The position numbers were made by a program, and so were the translations under genes. The notes under the pieces were generated by a model. That model ran no database searches and was not told the origin of the DNA. It saw nothing but the letters and a program-made list of their open reading frames with translations. Of a stretch of DNA of 64,000 bases, positions 1-13,200 are shown piece after piece (position 1 is the stretch's first letter; each line of letters opens with the position of its first letter). This DNA is from Eimeria praecox (lineage: Eukaryota), in assembly GCA_963920595.1 (NCBI GenBank), contig OY986948.1, forward strand, positions 2,418,001-2,482,000. Reading direction: 5' to 3'.

Positions 1-2809
1 GACCCAGAAGGGCAAGCAGACAAGGAGCTGAGAAGAGCCTTTGAGAAAGCAGTGAGCAGTTCGGCGCAGAGCAACGCCAATGCTGTGGACAGGCCAGCAG
101 ATGCACCATGCGCAGCTTAAAAAGGAGCCTTGTACCGTTGCCAAGGGTGTTAGTAGGATGCACGGCAAGATTGAAGGACACGCCCATCGAAGTCCAAAAC
201 CTTCTCCGCGCGATTCCGATTCTTCACGCCAGTTTCGAGCCCGGCCATCTCGTAAATTCCGCCTTCCCAATTCACTTCAAATTCCATCCTAATGGACTAA
301 CAACTCAAGCTGAAGCGGCACGCTCCTGCGCCTGATAGTAATGCAGCCACTAGCTGGTTTATATAGCCGAGTTCCTCAGTACACCAATGCACTGAGGCGA
401 TTCCAGCGTTACTTCGAGGCGCCACAAGCACCTTCAACTGTTTTCATATGATGCTGCAAAACAACATACCTCCTGAAGGGCCGAGCAGAATTACCATGAT
501 GACCGTTGCACAAACGCTTCCAGATGAGGCGAACAGATCCCTCCTCACTCAGCCGCTCAGCATCACTGCAATATCACCGCACCTATCAGAACTGAATCGT
601 CACCTCAACTTCTGCAAGCAGAGCACCTGCACGAAAAGGACGCTGTTAGAACATCGCACTGCGACCCTTCACCGGCAGAGCAGCGTATCTTCAACTTAGT
701 GGTGAGCGATCAACGGCATTGTCGATGGTTTGAAACCCCCCTCTCTGCTGCTGCCATATATGCGCAGGGGCGCTAGATCAACATTAGTGGCGCCTGCAGC
801 CCAATGTATTATACCTTTCTACTCAACTGGCGCAGCTGAGGCGGCCATGCAGGCGCGCTACTAGGATTCCGCCCTTAGTGTTGTCAGTGCTGTCTTTTGT
901 TCTAGCGATCCAGCTTACCGCCTGTCCTTCATCCCCTTACGCACGATAGCGAACGGTAGAGCGATCCTGCGGATCGTGGGACGGGAAGCAGCAACACTGA
1001 GAGAAGGGCGCTGTAAATATGTGTCGGGCCCGCAACACTGCTGCCTGCAGAAGGTCCAGCCCCCAAGAAAGCATCGCTAACACATGCCAGCGGCACGTCG
1101 GACACACAGGACGGGCAAATACAAGCCCTCGTCGCCTTGCAGAGTTTCCAAAGGCCGCACAAATTCGCACAGTACACACGGACGTGGCACCCAAGGACTA
1201 GTGGGCAGCCCACACGATGCCCATTCCTGTCCGCTGGTTGCTCTGCAAGACGAAAGGCATGTCCTTGTCCTGTGATGCGTCAACCAGAGAAGCTGAACGA
1301 CCATTTAGCAAAGACCGCACAAATCAAACAGATGCCCTACACCTCAGCTGAGAGACACTGGAAACCGAGCTCTCAATTCCCAGGAATCATTTGGCCAAAT
1401 CGCTAACGCGTACAAAGCCTAACAGCAGGGCCTGACTTCCCTTGGAATGCCTTTGACTTGTGCATTGTCCAAACGTGCCACGTAATCATCTTAGATCAAT
1501 TACGCGGGAAACCTTGCATTGAGGCTTTTGACCGTCACCAGCAAATATGTGATGAGCAATGCCAGAAGGGGGAGCGCGCCTACTACCACAAAAACCTAAA
1601 TGTCAGGCAAACAATCAAGGGAATTGAGCAGCTCGCAACCTCAAGAACAGTGTGTATCTTCCTCCAAATGATATCAACCGGCGTGCAAGTTGTATGTTGC
1701 CCCCTACCAATCCTCTCAAAATAGTCCTACAGCAGCCGCTGTTGTTGTTTACCAAAACTCAGCATGGCCATGACGCACATTCTAAACCCTCATTGGACTA
1801 GGAAGGCCGCATTCAGTAGCTTACGCGTATTGAAAGCGAACGGGTGCGAAAAAAGACACACCTCCTTGCGTCCAGCCGACTTCTGCCGCATGCCTCATCC
1901 CCAGCACGAGGCCAACGTAAACCAACGGAAACAGCGGGGAGCATGCTATCGCTAGTCTACACCCAAATACGCTTGTTCTGCGTCCCTACAAACTAGCACT
2001 GATTTGATCAAATGGCTCACCAAGCAATACGCTAGAAGCAAGCTAAATCGCACAACGTACAACTGTTCCATACCGCCTACAGTGGTCCCTTTCTAACCCT
2101 GGAAAGTGCGGGGGCACTCGTCCTGCACAAACAAGTAAATTAACTTGCATGTAAGAAGCCTCAAATCGGGGGATTCCGCTTGCTCTCGACACTGACGCTA
2201 CAAGGAAAAGCGCTTCTCCACTTCGATAACTGAACCGATGCTCTCGCACCAAACTAAGAGCTCATGAACTGTCTCACTGGATTAGCTGACAACTAAGGAC
2301 GGTGGGATCGAAAACATGGCCAGCAGCTTCCGGTTTGCTGTTTCAAACGGTTTCCGCCCTGCAACTAACAGTCAACCAAAGACGGCGGAGGGCAGCAACG
2401 TGCAGGAGCTATTCAGCGCCTACTAATCAGTAGGTGCTGGTTGCAGCTTGTGCATAGCGGCACCTAAACAAGTCCTCAAGCGAAATGGTACAAAATCACC
2501 GCTTGTTGAAGTTACGGCTTAATCTAAGTGCTTGCTTGCCGCATACGTATGTGCAACCTGCCTTCAACCTACACGATTCCCTTAAACAACCAAACGTTCT
2601 CGCACCTCCTGCATCAGAGCATAGTTCCTACGATAATGACCGTGCTTCACAAGCGCTTGCTTGTTCGTCTGATGCCCTTCGGTGCTTCTCCCGGTCATCA
2701 TCACCTCTCACACAAACGTAAAATAAGCAACTTGGCATACTAGCCTGCGTCTGCTCGCTTTACGGCCACACACATGTATCGGAACGGCTTCATGGCATCG
2801 CACCGCCAA

Positions 2810-2902
2810 CACACCAAGGTAAACAAACTGAAATCACGCAGTTCGGTGTCACTTTCTGAGCACCTCAGCTCCACAACACCATGCCCGACAAAGCCGTAGC
2901 AC
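2810..2902 (+). repeat. Intra-unit ~93-bp segment present in every complete unit; homolog of the long-class insert (unit 1 copy shown)
   Basis: cacaccaaggtaaacaaactgaaatcacgcagttcggtgtcac..gcccgacaaagccgtagcac matches the insert found ~0.7 kb downstream in long units. Confidence 0.93.
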
Positions 2903-4554
2903 TAGCTGTGAACAGCCAGGCATTAGCGGTAGGGGTGTTGCACAGACAAACTCTACAAAATGAGGCACGCCCAGATTCTGCCTCCCATTCTGCCCTGCGG
3001 TACTACACAGGTGACAAACTACAAGGCCATCAACCAACAACGCTAAAGCCACCCTGAGCTCCGACTCGGAAAATATCTGCTGCCAAAGTTGGACAAGCCA
3101 CACCCTTGTTGCGGCCGCCGAGCGAGATCACAATTTGCTGGCTCTGCAATGCATCTTGCTCTTGGAAAATCGCAATTGACCTCTCTGTCAACAGCTGAGG
3201 GAACAACCGGCCTTTACACTCAACAAGTCCGCAAGTGCCCGACTGAGAAATTCTGTATGCGTAACAAGCATGCGACCCTTTGATATTTGACCGGGCATCT
3301 GCTGAGACTTGACTCACAAGCTGCGTCCAGTGCTTCCAAGTAGCATCTGACCCGAAATAAAGCTGTTTACCATCTCGTCTGAGCCACTAAATTCGCAGGC
3401 CCAGCCGTTGCTATGAGGAAATCCTGCTGCATGGATCCGCACTAATTATGCTTCGCGTTGGGCGATTCAAAACACTTGCGCACCTGCCCTACCAACGCTC
3501 GTATACCAACGCCCGCCCGGCACAAAAGCTGGTCCATCAAGCCACAGGCACACACACGCACATGTGTGTCAAGCAAAGCTCACACGCCAATTGGTGCAAC
3601 TGCAGGAAATAGACCTGGCTTGACAGGCACTAAAACGCTGCCGCATATAAGCAGGAAATCCCGTTATGCAGAGGTAGGTATATCATGCGTAGCAAAGCTC
3701 GCTTCTCCAATGCTTGTGATCCCCTTTTCGCATAGATGCCTGTGAATGAGCTGGTCAGAAATCGAAGGGTCAAGCTGAAATTTAGGCTTGCCTTCAGGAA
3801 ATCTCTACTCTGAACTAGGACCGCAGCCCTCACCTCACCACAATGCAGGTTATAGAGGTTGCTCAAACATTGTGGTGACCAGGGCTGCATGCTGCAGATG
3901 CAATGCCTGATCTTCACGCTTTCGCACCGCTTTAGGCTCTGCCTGAATCCTTGAATCCTTTTGGAACGATGGCAAGCCCAAGACTCCCCGGCTACATAAT
4001 GCACGTGACCCGCTCCAGACACCAACTCACGCTCTACAGTAACACAGCATTAGTGTAGGGGCATGCTCTGTCATGTGCTTTGACGTGCGCACAGCCAGTT
4101 ATTCTCCCAGCGAACCGTTGGCATTACGCTCAGCAGATGAAATCTACACCCATATCTCATGTACTCTCCATCCAAGTCGTCGAAGACGCCTTCGGCCAAC
4201 CATCACGAAACGCTTTAACACTTGTGAGCGTACAGGCACTTAAACGTATAACTAAGCATGTAACTAAGCATCGTCCAGTCAGAGATGCATGCAAAATAGG
4301 GGTACGTAGCAACGCTCGGAAGAAAAGAAAACCCATTGTGACAGGCTATGCCCTGCCAGATTTTCGTTAGACCCTAACTCCTGCACAGCTGCGCCGCAAA
4401 GCCTGTCAGGCGGCATGCTGAGATTCTCTACAAATTCTTGTGCCTTCATCGCTGGCACACCAACTCACAATCCAACAAAATAATTCAGGGCAGTCTTGCA
4501 GAGATCGGCTGCAACTCCCAGCTTTACCATCCATCGCAGCTGGCAACTCGCTCA

Positions 4555-4572
4555 GCCAACCAACCCACCAAC
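4555..4572 (+). repeat. Short (CCAA)n/(CAAC)n run, polymorphic among units (unit 1 copy shown)
   Basis: Interrupted ccaaccaacccaccaac in units 1-3 and 5; perfect run in units 4 and 6-10; +4 bp in units 11 (~55968) and 12 (~61191). Confidence 0.8.
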
Positions 4573-4992
4573 GGGGTAAACGCAAGCACAAATTGCGCCT
4601 GCTTGAGCCCTGCAATGCCGTCAAAGCACGCGTCCACACACTCTCTGTAAGGTCAGTCCAAGCCATGCGTCATGAAAGCTATCGCCAGGTTGCTGGTTCG
4701 TCCTCAGTGCCGCATGTTTATATCCGTTCGCACAAGAGCGACAAACGGTATCGAGCTGAGCATGAACTAGTGGACTGTACGACCCAAAGCGTCATATCCT
4801 CCACTTCCACTGCTAGTCGTGCACAAGGCCTTCTTAGTGGCGGGATCTGCTATGGCCGAACGCCTGCCAATAATGGAGGTACAAGTGAGTTTACACAATT
4901 GGAACGTGCTCAGCGTCCCGCGCAAGCCATTATTCATAGTGGCTGGTACGAACAAACAATGCTTGCGACCAAGTCACAGTGTCGCCTCCAAG

Positions 4993-5019
4993 GCCCTTCA
5001 CAAGTCAAAAGTGAAGGGC
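4993..5019. other. Perfect 9-bp inverted repeat with a 9-nt loop, followed by ACTAGT; one per unit, function unknown
   Basis: gcccttcac-aagtcaaaa-gtgaagggc; unchanged in the complete units I compared. Confidence 0.7.
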
Positions 5020-5107
5020 ACTAGTTAGCGGATTCGTGCTTCCTAGAACTACCAAGGGCCGCCTTGCTGTGAAGCACCGTAGTGAGCGACTTCCACTGTA
5101 AGTTGCC

Positions 5108-8100
5108 GACCCAGAAGGGCAAGCAGACAAGGAGCTGAGAAGAGCCTTTGAGAAAGCAGTGAGCAGTTAGGCGCAGAGCAACGCCAATGCTGTGGACAGG
5201 CCAGCAGATGCACCATGCGCAGCTTAAAAAGGAGCCTTGTACCGTTGCCAAGGGTGTTAGTAGGATGCACGGCAAGATTGAAGGACACGCCCATCGAAGT
5301 CCAAAACCTTCTCCGCGCGATTCCGATTCTTCACGCCAGTTTCGAGCCCGGCCATCTCGTAAATTCCGCCTTCCCAATTCACTTCAAATTCCATCCTAAT
5401 GGACTAACAACTCAAGCTGAAGCGGTACGGTCCTGCGTCTGATAGTAATGCAGCCACTAGCTGGTTTATATAGCCGAGTTCCTCAGTACACCAATGCACT
5501 GAGGCGATATCAGCGTTACTTCGAGGCGCCACAAGCACCTTCAACTGTTTTCATATGATGCTGCAAAACAACATACCTCCTGAAGGGCCGAGCAGAATTA
5601 CCATGATGACCGTTGCACAAACGCTTCCAGATGAGGCGAACAGATCCCTCCTCAGTCAGCGGCTCAGCATCACTGCAATATCACCGCACCTATCAGAACT
5701 GAATCGTCACCTCAACTTCTGCAAGCAGAGCATCTGCACGAAAAGGACGCTGTTAGAACATCGCACTGCGACCCTTCACCGGCAGAGCAGCGTATCTTCA
5801 ACTGAGTGGTGAACGATCAACGGCATCGTCGATGGTTTGAAACCCCCCTCTCTGCTGCTGCCATATATGCGCAGGGGCGCTAGATCAACATTAGTGGCGC
5901 CTGCAGCCCAATGTATTATACCTTTCTACTCAACTGGCGCAGCTGAGGCGGCCATGCAGGCGCGCTACTAGGATTCCGCCCTTAGTGTTGTCAGTGCTGT
6001 CTTTTGTTCTAGTGATCCAGCTCACCGCCTGTCCTTCATCCCCTTACGCACGATAGCGAACGGTAGAGCGATCCTGCGGATCGTGGGACGGGAAGCAGCA
6101 ACACTGAGAGAGGGGCGCTGTAAATATGTGTCGGGCCCGCAACACTGCTGCCTGCAGAAGGTCCAGCCCCCAAGAAAGCATCGCTAACACATGCCAGCGG
6201 CACGTCGGACACACAGGACGGGCAAATACAAGCCCTCGTCGCCTTGCAGAGTTTCCAAAGGCCGCACAAATTCGCACAGTACACACGGACGTGGCACCCA
6301 AGGACTAGTGGGCAGCCCACACGATGCCCATTCCTGTCCGCTGGTTGCTCTGCAAGACGAAAGGCATGTCCTTGTCCTGTGATGCGTCAACCAGAGAAGC
6401 TGAACGACCATTTAGCAAAGACCGCACAAATCAAACAGATGCCCTACACCTCAGCTGAGACACACTGGAAACCGAGCTCTCAATTCCCAGGAATCCTTTG
6501 GCCAAATCGCTAACGCGTACAAAGCCTAACAGCAGGGCCTGACTTCCCTTGGAATGCCTTTGACTTGTGCATTGTCCAAACGTGCCACGTAATCATCTTA
6601 GATCAATTACGCGGGAAACCTTGCATTGAGGCTTTTGACCGTCACCAGCAAATATGTGATGAGCAATGCCAGAAGGGGGAGCGCGCCTACTACCACAAAA
6701 ACCTAAATGCCAGGCAAACAATCAAAGGAATTGAGCAGCTCGCAGCCTCAAGAACAGTGTGTATCTTCCTCCAAATGATATCAACCGGCGTGCAAGTTGT
6801 ATGTTGCCCCCTACCAATCCTCTCAAAATAGTCCTACAGCAGCCGCTGTTGTTGTTTACCAAAACTCAGCATGGCCATGACGCACATTCTAAACCCTCAT
6901 TGGACTAGGAAGGCCGCATTCAGTAGCTTACGCGTATTGAACGCGAACGGGTGCGAAAAAGGACACACCTCCCTGCGTCCAGCCGACTTCTGCCGCATGC
7001 CTCATCCCCAGCACGAGGCCAACGTAAACCAACGGAAACAGCGGGGAGCATGCTATCGCTAGTCTACACCCAAATACGCTTTGTTCTGCGTCCCTACAAA
7101 CTAGCACTGATTCGCTCAAATGGCTCACCAAGCAATACGCTAGAAGCAAGCTAAATCGCACAACGTACAACTGTTCCATACCGCCTACAGTGGTCCCTCC
7201 CTAACCCTGGAAAGTGCGGGGGCACTCGTCCTGCACAAACAAGTAAATTAGCTTGCATGTAAGAAGCCTCAAATCGGGGGATTCCGCTTGCTCTCGACAC
7301 TGACGCTACAAGGAAAAGCGCTTCTCCACTTCGATAACTGAACCGATGCTCTCGCACCAAACTAAGAGCTCATGAACTGTCTCACTGGATTAGCTGACAA
7401 CTAAGGACGGTGGGATCGAAAACATGGCCAGCAGCTTCCGGTTTGCTGTTTCAAACGGTTTCCGCCCTGCAACTAACAGTCAACCAAAGACGGCGGAGGG
7501 CAGCAACGTGCAGGAGCTATTCAGCGCCCACTAATCAGTAGGTGCTGGTTGCAACTTGTGCATAGCGGCATCTAAACAAGTCCTCAAGCGAAATGGTACA
7601 AAATCACCGCTTGTTGCAGTTACGGCTTAATCTAAGTGCTTGCTTGCCGCATACGTATGTGCAACCTGCCTTCAACCTACACGATTCCCTTAAACAACCA
7701 AACGTTCTCGCACCTCCTGCATCAGAGCATAGTTCCTACGATAATGACCGTGCTTCACAAGCGCTTGCTTGTTCGTCTGATGCCCTTCGGTGCTTCTCCC
7801 GGTCATCATCACCTCTCACACAAACGTAAAATAAGCAACTTGGCATACTAGCCTGCGTCTGCTCGCTTTACGGCCACACACATGTATCGGAACGGCTTCA
7901 TGGCATCGCACCGCCAACACACCAAGGTAAACAAACTGAAATCACGCAGTTCGGTGTCACTTTCTGAGCACCTCAGCTCCACAACACCATGCCCGACAAA
8001 GCCGTAGCACTAGCTGTGAACAGCCAGGCATTAGCGGTAGGGGTGTTGCACAGACAAACTCTACAAAATGAGGCACGCCCAGATTCTGCCTCCCATTCTG

Positions 8101-10215
8101 CCCTGCGGTACTACACAGGTGAAAAACTACAAGGCCATCAACCAACAACGCTAAAGCCACCCTGAGCTCCGACTCGGAAAATATCTGCTGCCAAAGTTGG
8201 ACAAGCCACACCCTTGTTGCGGCCGCCGAGCGAGATCACAATTTGCTGGCTCTGCAATGCATCTTGCTCTTGGAAAATCGCAATTGACCTCTCTGTCAAC
8301 AGCTGAGGGAACAACCGGCCTTTACACTCAACAAGTCCGCAAGTGCCCGACTGAGAAATTCTGTATGCGTAACAAGCATGCGACCCTTTGATATTTGACC
8401 GGGCATCTGCGGAGACTTGACTCACAAGCTGCGTCCAGTGCTTCCAAGTAGCATCTGACCCGAAATAAAGCTGTTTGCCATCTCGTCTGAGCCACTAAAT
8501 TCGCAGGCCCAGCCGTTGCTATGAGGAAATCCTGCTGCATGGATCCGCACTAATTATGCTTCGCGTTGGGCGATTCAAAACACTTGCGCACCTGCCCTAC
8601 CAACGCTCGTATACCAACGCCCGCCCGGCACAAAAGCTGGTCCATCAAGCCACAGGCACACACACGCACATGTGTGTCAAGCAAAGCTCACACGCCAATT
8701 GGTGCAACTGCAGGAAATAGACCTGGCTTGACAGGCACTAAAACGCTGCCGCATATAAGCAGGAAATCCCGTTATGCAGAGGTAGGTATATCATGCGTAG
8801 CAAAGCTCGCTTCTCCAATGCTTGTGATCCCCTTTTCGCATAGATGCCTGTGAATGAGCTGGTCAGAAATCGAAGGGTCAAGCTGAAATTTAGGCTTGCC
8901 TTCAGGAAATCTCTACTCTGAACTAGGACCGCAGCCCTCACCTCACCACAATGCAGGTTATAGAGGTTGCTCAAACATTGTGGTGACCAGGGCTGCATGC
9001 TGCAGATGCAATGCCTGATCTTCACGCTTTCGCACCGCTTTAGGCTCTGCCTGAATCCTTGAATCCTTTTGGAACGATGGCAAGCCCAAGACTCCCCGGC
9101 TACATAATGCACGTGACCCGCTCCAGACACCAACTCACGCTCTACAGTAACACAGCATTAGTGTAGGGGCATGCTCTGTCATGTGCTTTGACGTGCGCAC
9201 AGCCAGTTATTCTCCCAGCGAACCGTTGGCATTACGCTCAGCAGATGAAATCTACACCCATATCTCATGTACTCTCCATCCAAGTCGTCGAAGACGCCTT
9301 CGGCCAACCATCACGAAACGCTTTAACACTTGTGAGCGTACAGGCACTTAAACGTATAACTAAGCATGTAACTAAGCATCGTCCAGTCAGAGATGCATGC
9401 AAAATAGGGGTACGTAGCAACGCTCGGAAGAAAAGAAAACCCATTGTGACAGGCTATGCCCTGCCAGATTTTCGTTAGACCCTAACTCCTGCACAGCTGC
9501 GCCGCAAAGCCTGTCAGGCGGCATGCTGAGATTCTCTACAAATTCTTGTGCCTTCATCGCTGGCACACCAACTCACAATCCAACAAAATAATTCAGGGCA
9601 GTCTTGCAGAGATCGGCTGCAACTCCCAGCTTTACCATCCATCGCAGCTGGCAACTCGCTCAGCCAACCAACCCACCAACGGGGTAAACGCAAGCACAAA
9701 TTGCGCCTGCTTGAGCCCTGCAATGCCGTCAAAGCACGCGTCCACACACTCTCTGTAAGGTCAGTCCAAGCCATGCGTCATGAAAGCTATCGCCAGGTTG
9801 CTGGTTCGTCCTCAGTGCCGCATGTTTATATCCGTTCGCACAAGAGCGACAAACGGTATCGAGCTGAGCATGAACTAGTGGACTGTACGACCCAAAGCGT
9901 CATATCCTCCACTTCCACTGCTAGTCGTGCACAAGGCCTTCTTAGTGGCGGGATCTGCTATGGCCGAACGCCTGCCAATAATGGAGGTACAAGTGAGTTT
10001 ACACAATTGGAACGTGCTCAGCGTCCCGCGCAAGCCATTATTCATAGTGGCTGGTACGAACAAACAATGCTTGCGACCAAGTCACAGTGTCGCCTCCAAG
10101 GCCCTTCACAAGTCAAAAGTGAAGGGCACTAGTTAGCGGATTCGTGCTTCCTAGAACTACCAAGGGCCGCCTTGCTGTGAAGCACCGTAGTGAGCGACTT
10201 CCACTGTAAGTTGCC
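5108..10215 (+). repeat. Unit 2 (5108 bp, short class, left subfamily)
   Basis: Nearly identical to unit 1; most ORF translations are identical. Confidence 0.97.
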
Positions 10216-13200
10216 GACCCAGAAGGGCAAGCAGACAAGGAGCTGAGAAGAGCCTTTGAGAAAGCAGTGAGCAGTTCGGCGCAGAGCAACGCCAATGCTG
10301 TGGACAGGCCAGCAGATGCACCATGCGCAGCTTAAAAAGGAGCCTTGTACCGTTGCCAAGGGTGTTAGTAGGATGCACGGCAAGATTGAAGGACACGCCC
10401 ATCGAAGTCCAAAACCTTCTCCGCGCGATTCCGATTCTTCACGCCAGTTTCGAGCCCGGCCATCTCGTAAATTCCGCCTTCCCAATTCACTTCAAATTCC
10501 ATCCTAATGGACTAACAACTCAAGCTGAAGCGGTACGGTCCTGCGTCTGATAGTAATGCAGCCACTAGCTGGTTTATATAGCCGAGTTCCTCAGTACACC
10601 AATGCACTGAGGCGATATCAGCGTTACTTCGAGGCGCCACAAGCACCTTCAACTGTTTTCATATGATGCTGCAAAACAACATACCTCCTGAAGGGCCGAG
10701 CAGAATTACCATGATGACCGTTGCACAAACGCTTCCAGATGAGGCGAACAGATCCCTCCTCAGTCAGCGGCTCAGCATCACTGCAATATCACCGCACCTA
10801 TCAGAACTGAATCGTCACCTCACTTCTGCAAGCAGAGCATCTGCACGAAAAGGACGCTGTTAGAACATCGCACTGCGACCCTTCACCGGCAGAGCAGCGT
10901 ACCTTCAACTTAGTGGTGAGCGATCAACGGCATTGTCGATGGTTTGAAACCCCCCTCTCTGCTGCTGCCATATATGCGCAGGGGCGCTAGATCAACATTA
11001 GTGGCGCCTGCAGCCCAATGTATTATACCTTTCTACTCACCTGGCGCAGCTGAGGCGGCCATGCAGGCGCGCTACTAGGATTCCGCCCTTAGTGTTGTCA
11101 GTGCTGTCTTTTGTTCTAGTGATCCAGCTCACCGCCTGTCCTTCATCCCCTTACGCACGATAGCGAACGGTAGAGCGATCCTGCGGATCGTGGGACGGGA
11201 AGCAGCAACACTGAGAGAGGGGCGCTGTAAATATGTGTCGGGCCCGCAACACTGCTGCCTGCAGAAGGTCCAGCCCCCAAGAAAGCATCGCTAACACATG
11301 CCAGCGGCACGTCGGACACACAGGACGGGCAAATACAAGCCCTCGTCGCCTTGCAGAGTTTCCAAAGGCCGCACAAATTCGCACAGTACACACGGACGTG
11401 GCACCCAAGGACTAGTGGGCAGCCCACACGCTGCCCATTCCTGTCCGCTGGTTGCTCTGCAAGACGAAAGGCATGTCCTTGTCCTGTGATGCGTCAACCA
11501 GAGAAGCTGAACGACCATTTAGCAAAGACCGCACAAATCAAACAGATGCCCTACACCTCAGCTGAGACACACTGGAAACCGAGCTCTCAATTCCCAGGAA
11601 TCCTTTGGCCAAATCGCTAACGCGTACAAAGCCTAACAGCAGGGCCTGACTTCCCTTGGAATGCCTTTGACTTGTGCATTGTCCAAACGTGCCACGTAAT
11701 CATCTTAGATCAATTACTCGGGAAACCTTGCATTGAGGCTTTTGACCGTCACCAGCAAATATGTGATGAGCAATGCCAGAAGGGGGAGCGCGCCTACTAC
11801 CACAAAAACCTAAATGCCAGGCAAACAATCAAAGGAATTGAGCAGCTCGCAGCCTCAAGAACAGTGTGTATCTTCCTCCAAATGATATCAACCGGCGTGC
11901 AAGTTGTATGTTGCCCCCTACCAATCCTCTCAAAATAGTCCTACAGCAGCCGCTGTTGTTGTTTACCAAAACTCAGCATGGCCATGACGCACATTCTAAA
12001 CCCTCATTGGACTAGGAAGGCCGCATTCAGTAGCTTACGCGTATTGAACGCGAACGGGTGCGAAAAAAGACACACCTCCTTGCGTCCAGCCGACTTCTGT
12101 CGCATGCCTCATCCCCAGCACGAGGTCAGCGTAAACCAACAGAAACAGCGGGGAGCATGCTATCGCTAGTCTACACCCAAATACGCTTTGTTCTGCTTCC
12201 CTACAAACTAGCACTGATTTGATCAAATGGCTCACCAAGCAATACGCTAGAAGCAAGCTAAATCGCAAAACGTACAACTGTTCCATACCGCCTACAGTGG
12301 TCCCTCCCTAACCCTGGAAAGTGCGGGGGCACTCGTCCTGCACAAACAAGTAAATTAGCTTGCATGTAAGAAGCCTCAAATCGGGGGATTCCGCTTGCTC
12401 TCGACACTGACGCTACAAGGAAAAGCGCTTCTCCACTTCGATAACTGAACCGATGCTCTCGCACCAAACTAAGAGCTCATGAACTGTCTCACTGAACTAG
12501 CTGACAACTAAGGACGGTGGGATCGAAAACATGGCCAGCAGCTTCCGGTTTGCTGTTTCAAACGGTTTCCGCCCTGCAACTAACAGTCAACCAAAGACGG
12601 CGGAGGGCAGCAACGTGCAGGAGCTATTCAGCGCCTACTAATCAGTAGGTGCTGGTTGCAACTTGTGCATAGCGGCACCTAAACAAGTCCTCAAGCGAAA
12701 TGGTACAAAATCACCGCTTGTTGCAGTTACGGCTTAATCTAAGTGCTTGCTTGCCGCATACGTATGTGCAACCTGCCTTCAACCTACACGATTCCCTTAA
12801 ACAACCAAACGTTCTCGCACCTCCTGCATCAGAGCATAGTTCCTACGATAATGACCGTGCTTCACAAGCGCTTGCTTGTTCGTCTGATGCCCTTCGGTGC
12901 TTCTCCCGGTCATCATCACCTCTCACACAAACGTAAAATAAGCAACTTGGCATACTAGCCTGCGTCTGCTCGCTTTACGGCCACACACATGTATCGGAAC
13001 GGCTTCATGGCATCGCACCGCCAACACACCAAGGTAAACAAACTGAATCACGCAGTTCGGTGTCACTTTCTGAGCACCTCAGCTCCACACTACCATGCCC
13101 GACAAAGCCGTAGCACTAGCTGTGAACAGGCAGGTATTAGCGCTAGGGGTTTTCCACAGACAAACTCTACAAAATGAGGCACGCCCAGATTCTGCCTCCC

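Larger units (their letters stand above)
1..5107 (+). repeat. Unit 1 (5107 bp, short class, left subfamily)
   Basis: Anchor-to-anchor distance; lacks the 87-bp insert (gcccggcacaaaagctgg at ~3515-3532). Confidence 0.97.

Noticed and set aside
108..341. 75-aa ORF kept in all 13 units and ending in TGA-TAG-TAA
   Set aside because: Overlapping ORFs in other frames persist almost as well because copies are so similar. By eye, amino-acid-changing variants outnumber silent ones about 2:1, and no domain is recognisable. The triple stop is likely chance and is altered in unit 4.
734..1572. LTR-retrotransposon signals (TGGCGCAGC PBS-like word at ~828; purine tracts at ~734 minus and ~1564 plus)
   Set aside because: The matches are short, do not bracket a TG..CA LTR in a consistent order, and no gag/pol remnants are recognisable.
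2310..2345. Minus-strand peptide QQTGSCW resembling the papain-family active-site motif
   Set aside because: It lacks the upstream Cys and the downstream AF, a stop follows within about ten codons, and no His/Asn motifs were found.
2296..2360. tRNA-like element on the minus strand (possible 7-bp acceptor stem and TTCGATC)
   Set aside because: It is too short, the T-stem does not pair, and there is no D-arm or A-box. The later-unit allele (aagcacggt) breaks the stem.
1201..2434. Short palindromes (gtgggcagcccac, ctcagctgag, atttggccaaat, atttgatcaaat, cctact-aatc-agtagg) as regulatory sites
   Set aside because: A few such words are expected in 5 kb, several are disrupted in some copies, and no linked gene supports a function.
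4440..5024. Longest ORF (194 aa) as a real CDS
   Set aside because: It has a GTG start and no motif I recognise. A CGA>TGA change truncates it in units 4 and 9-12, the CAAC gain frameshifts it in units 11-12, and many differences between copies change amino acids.
5030..6100. Long read-through frame under a reassigned stop-codon code
   Set aside because: All three stops would need reassignment, variants are not concentrated at third positions, and 1-bp indels in units 3, 5 and 8 break the frame.
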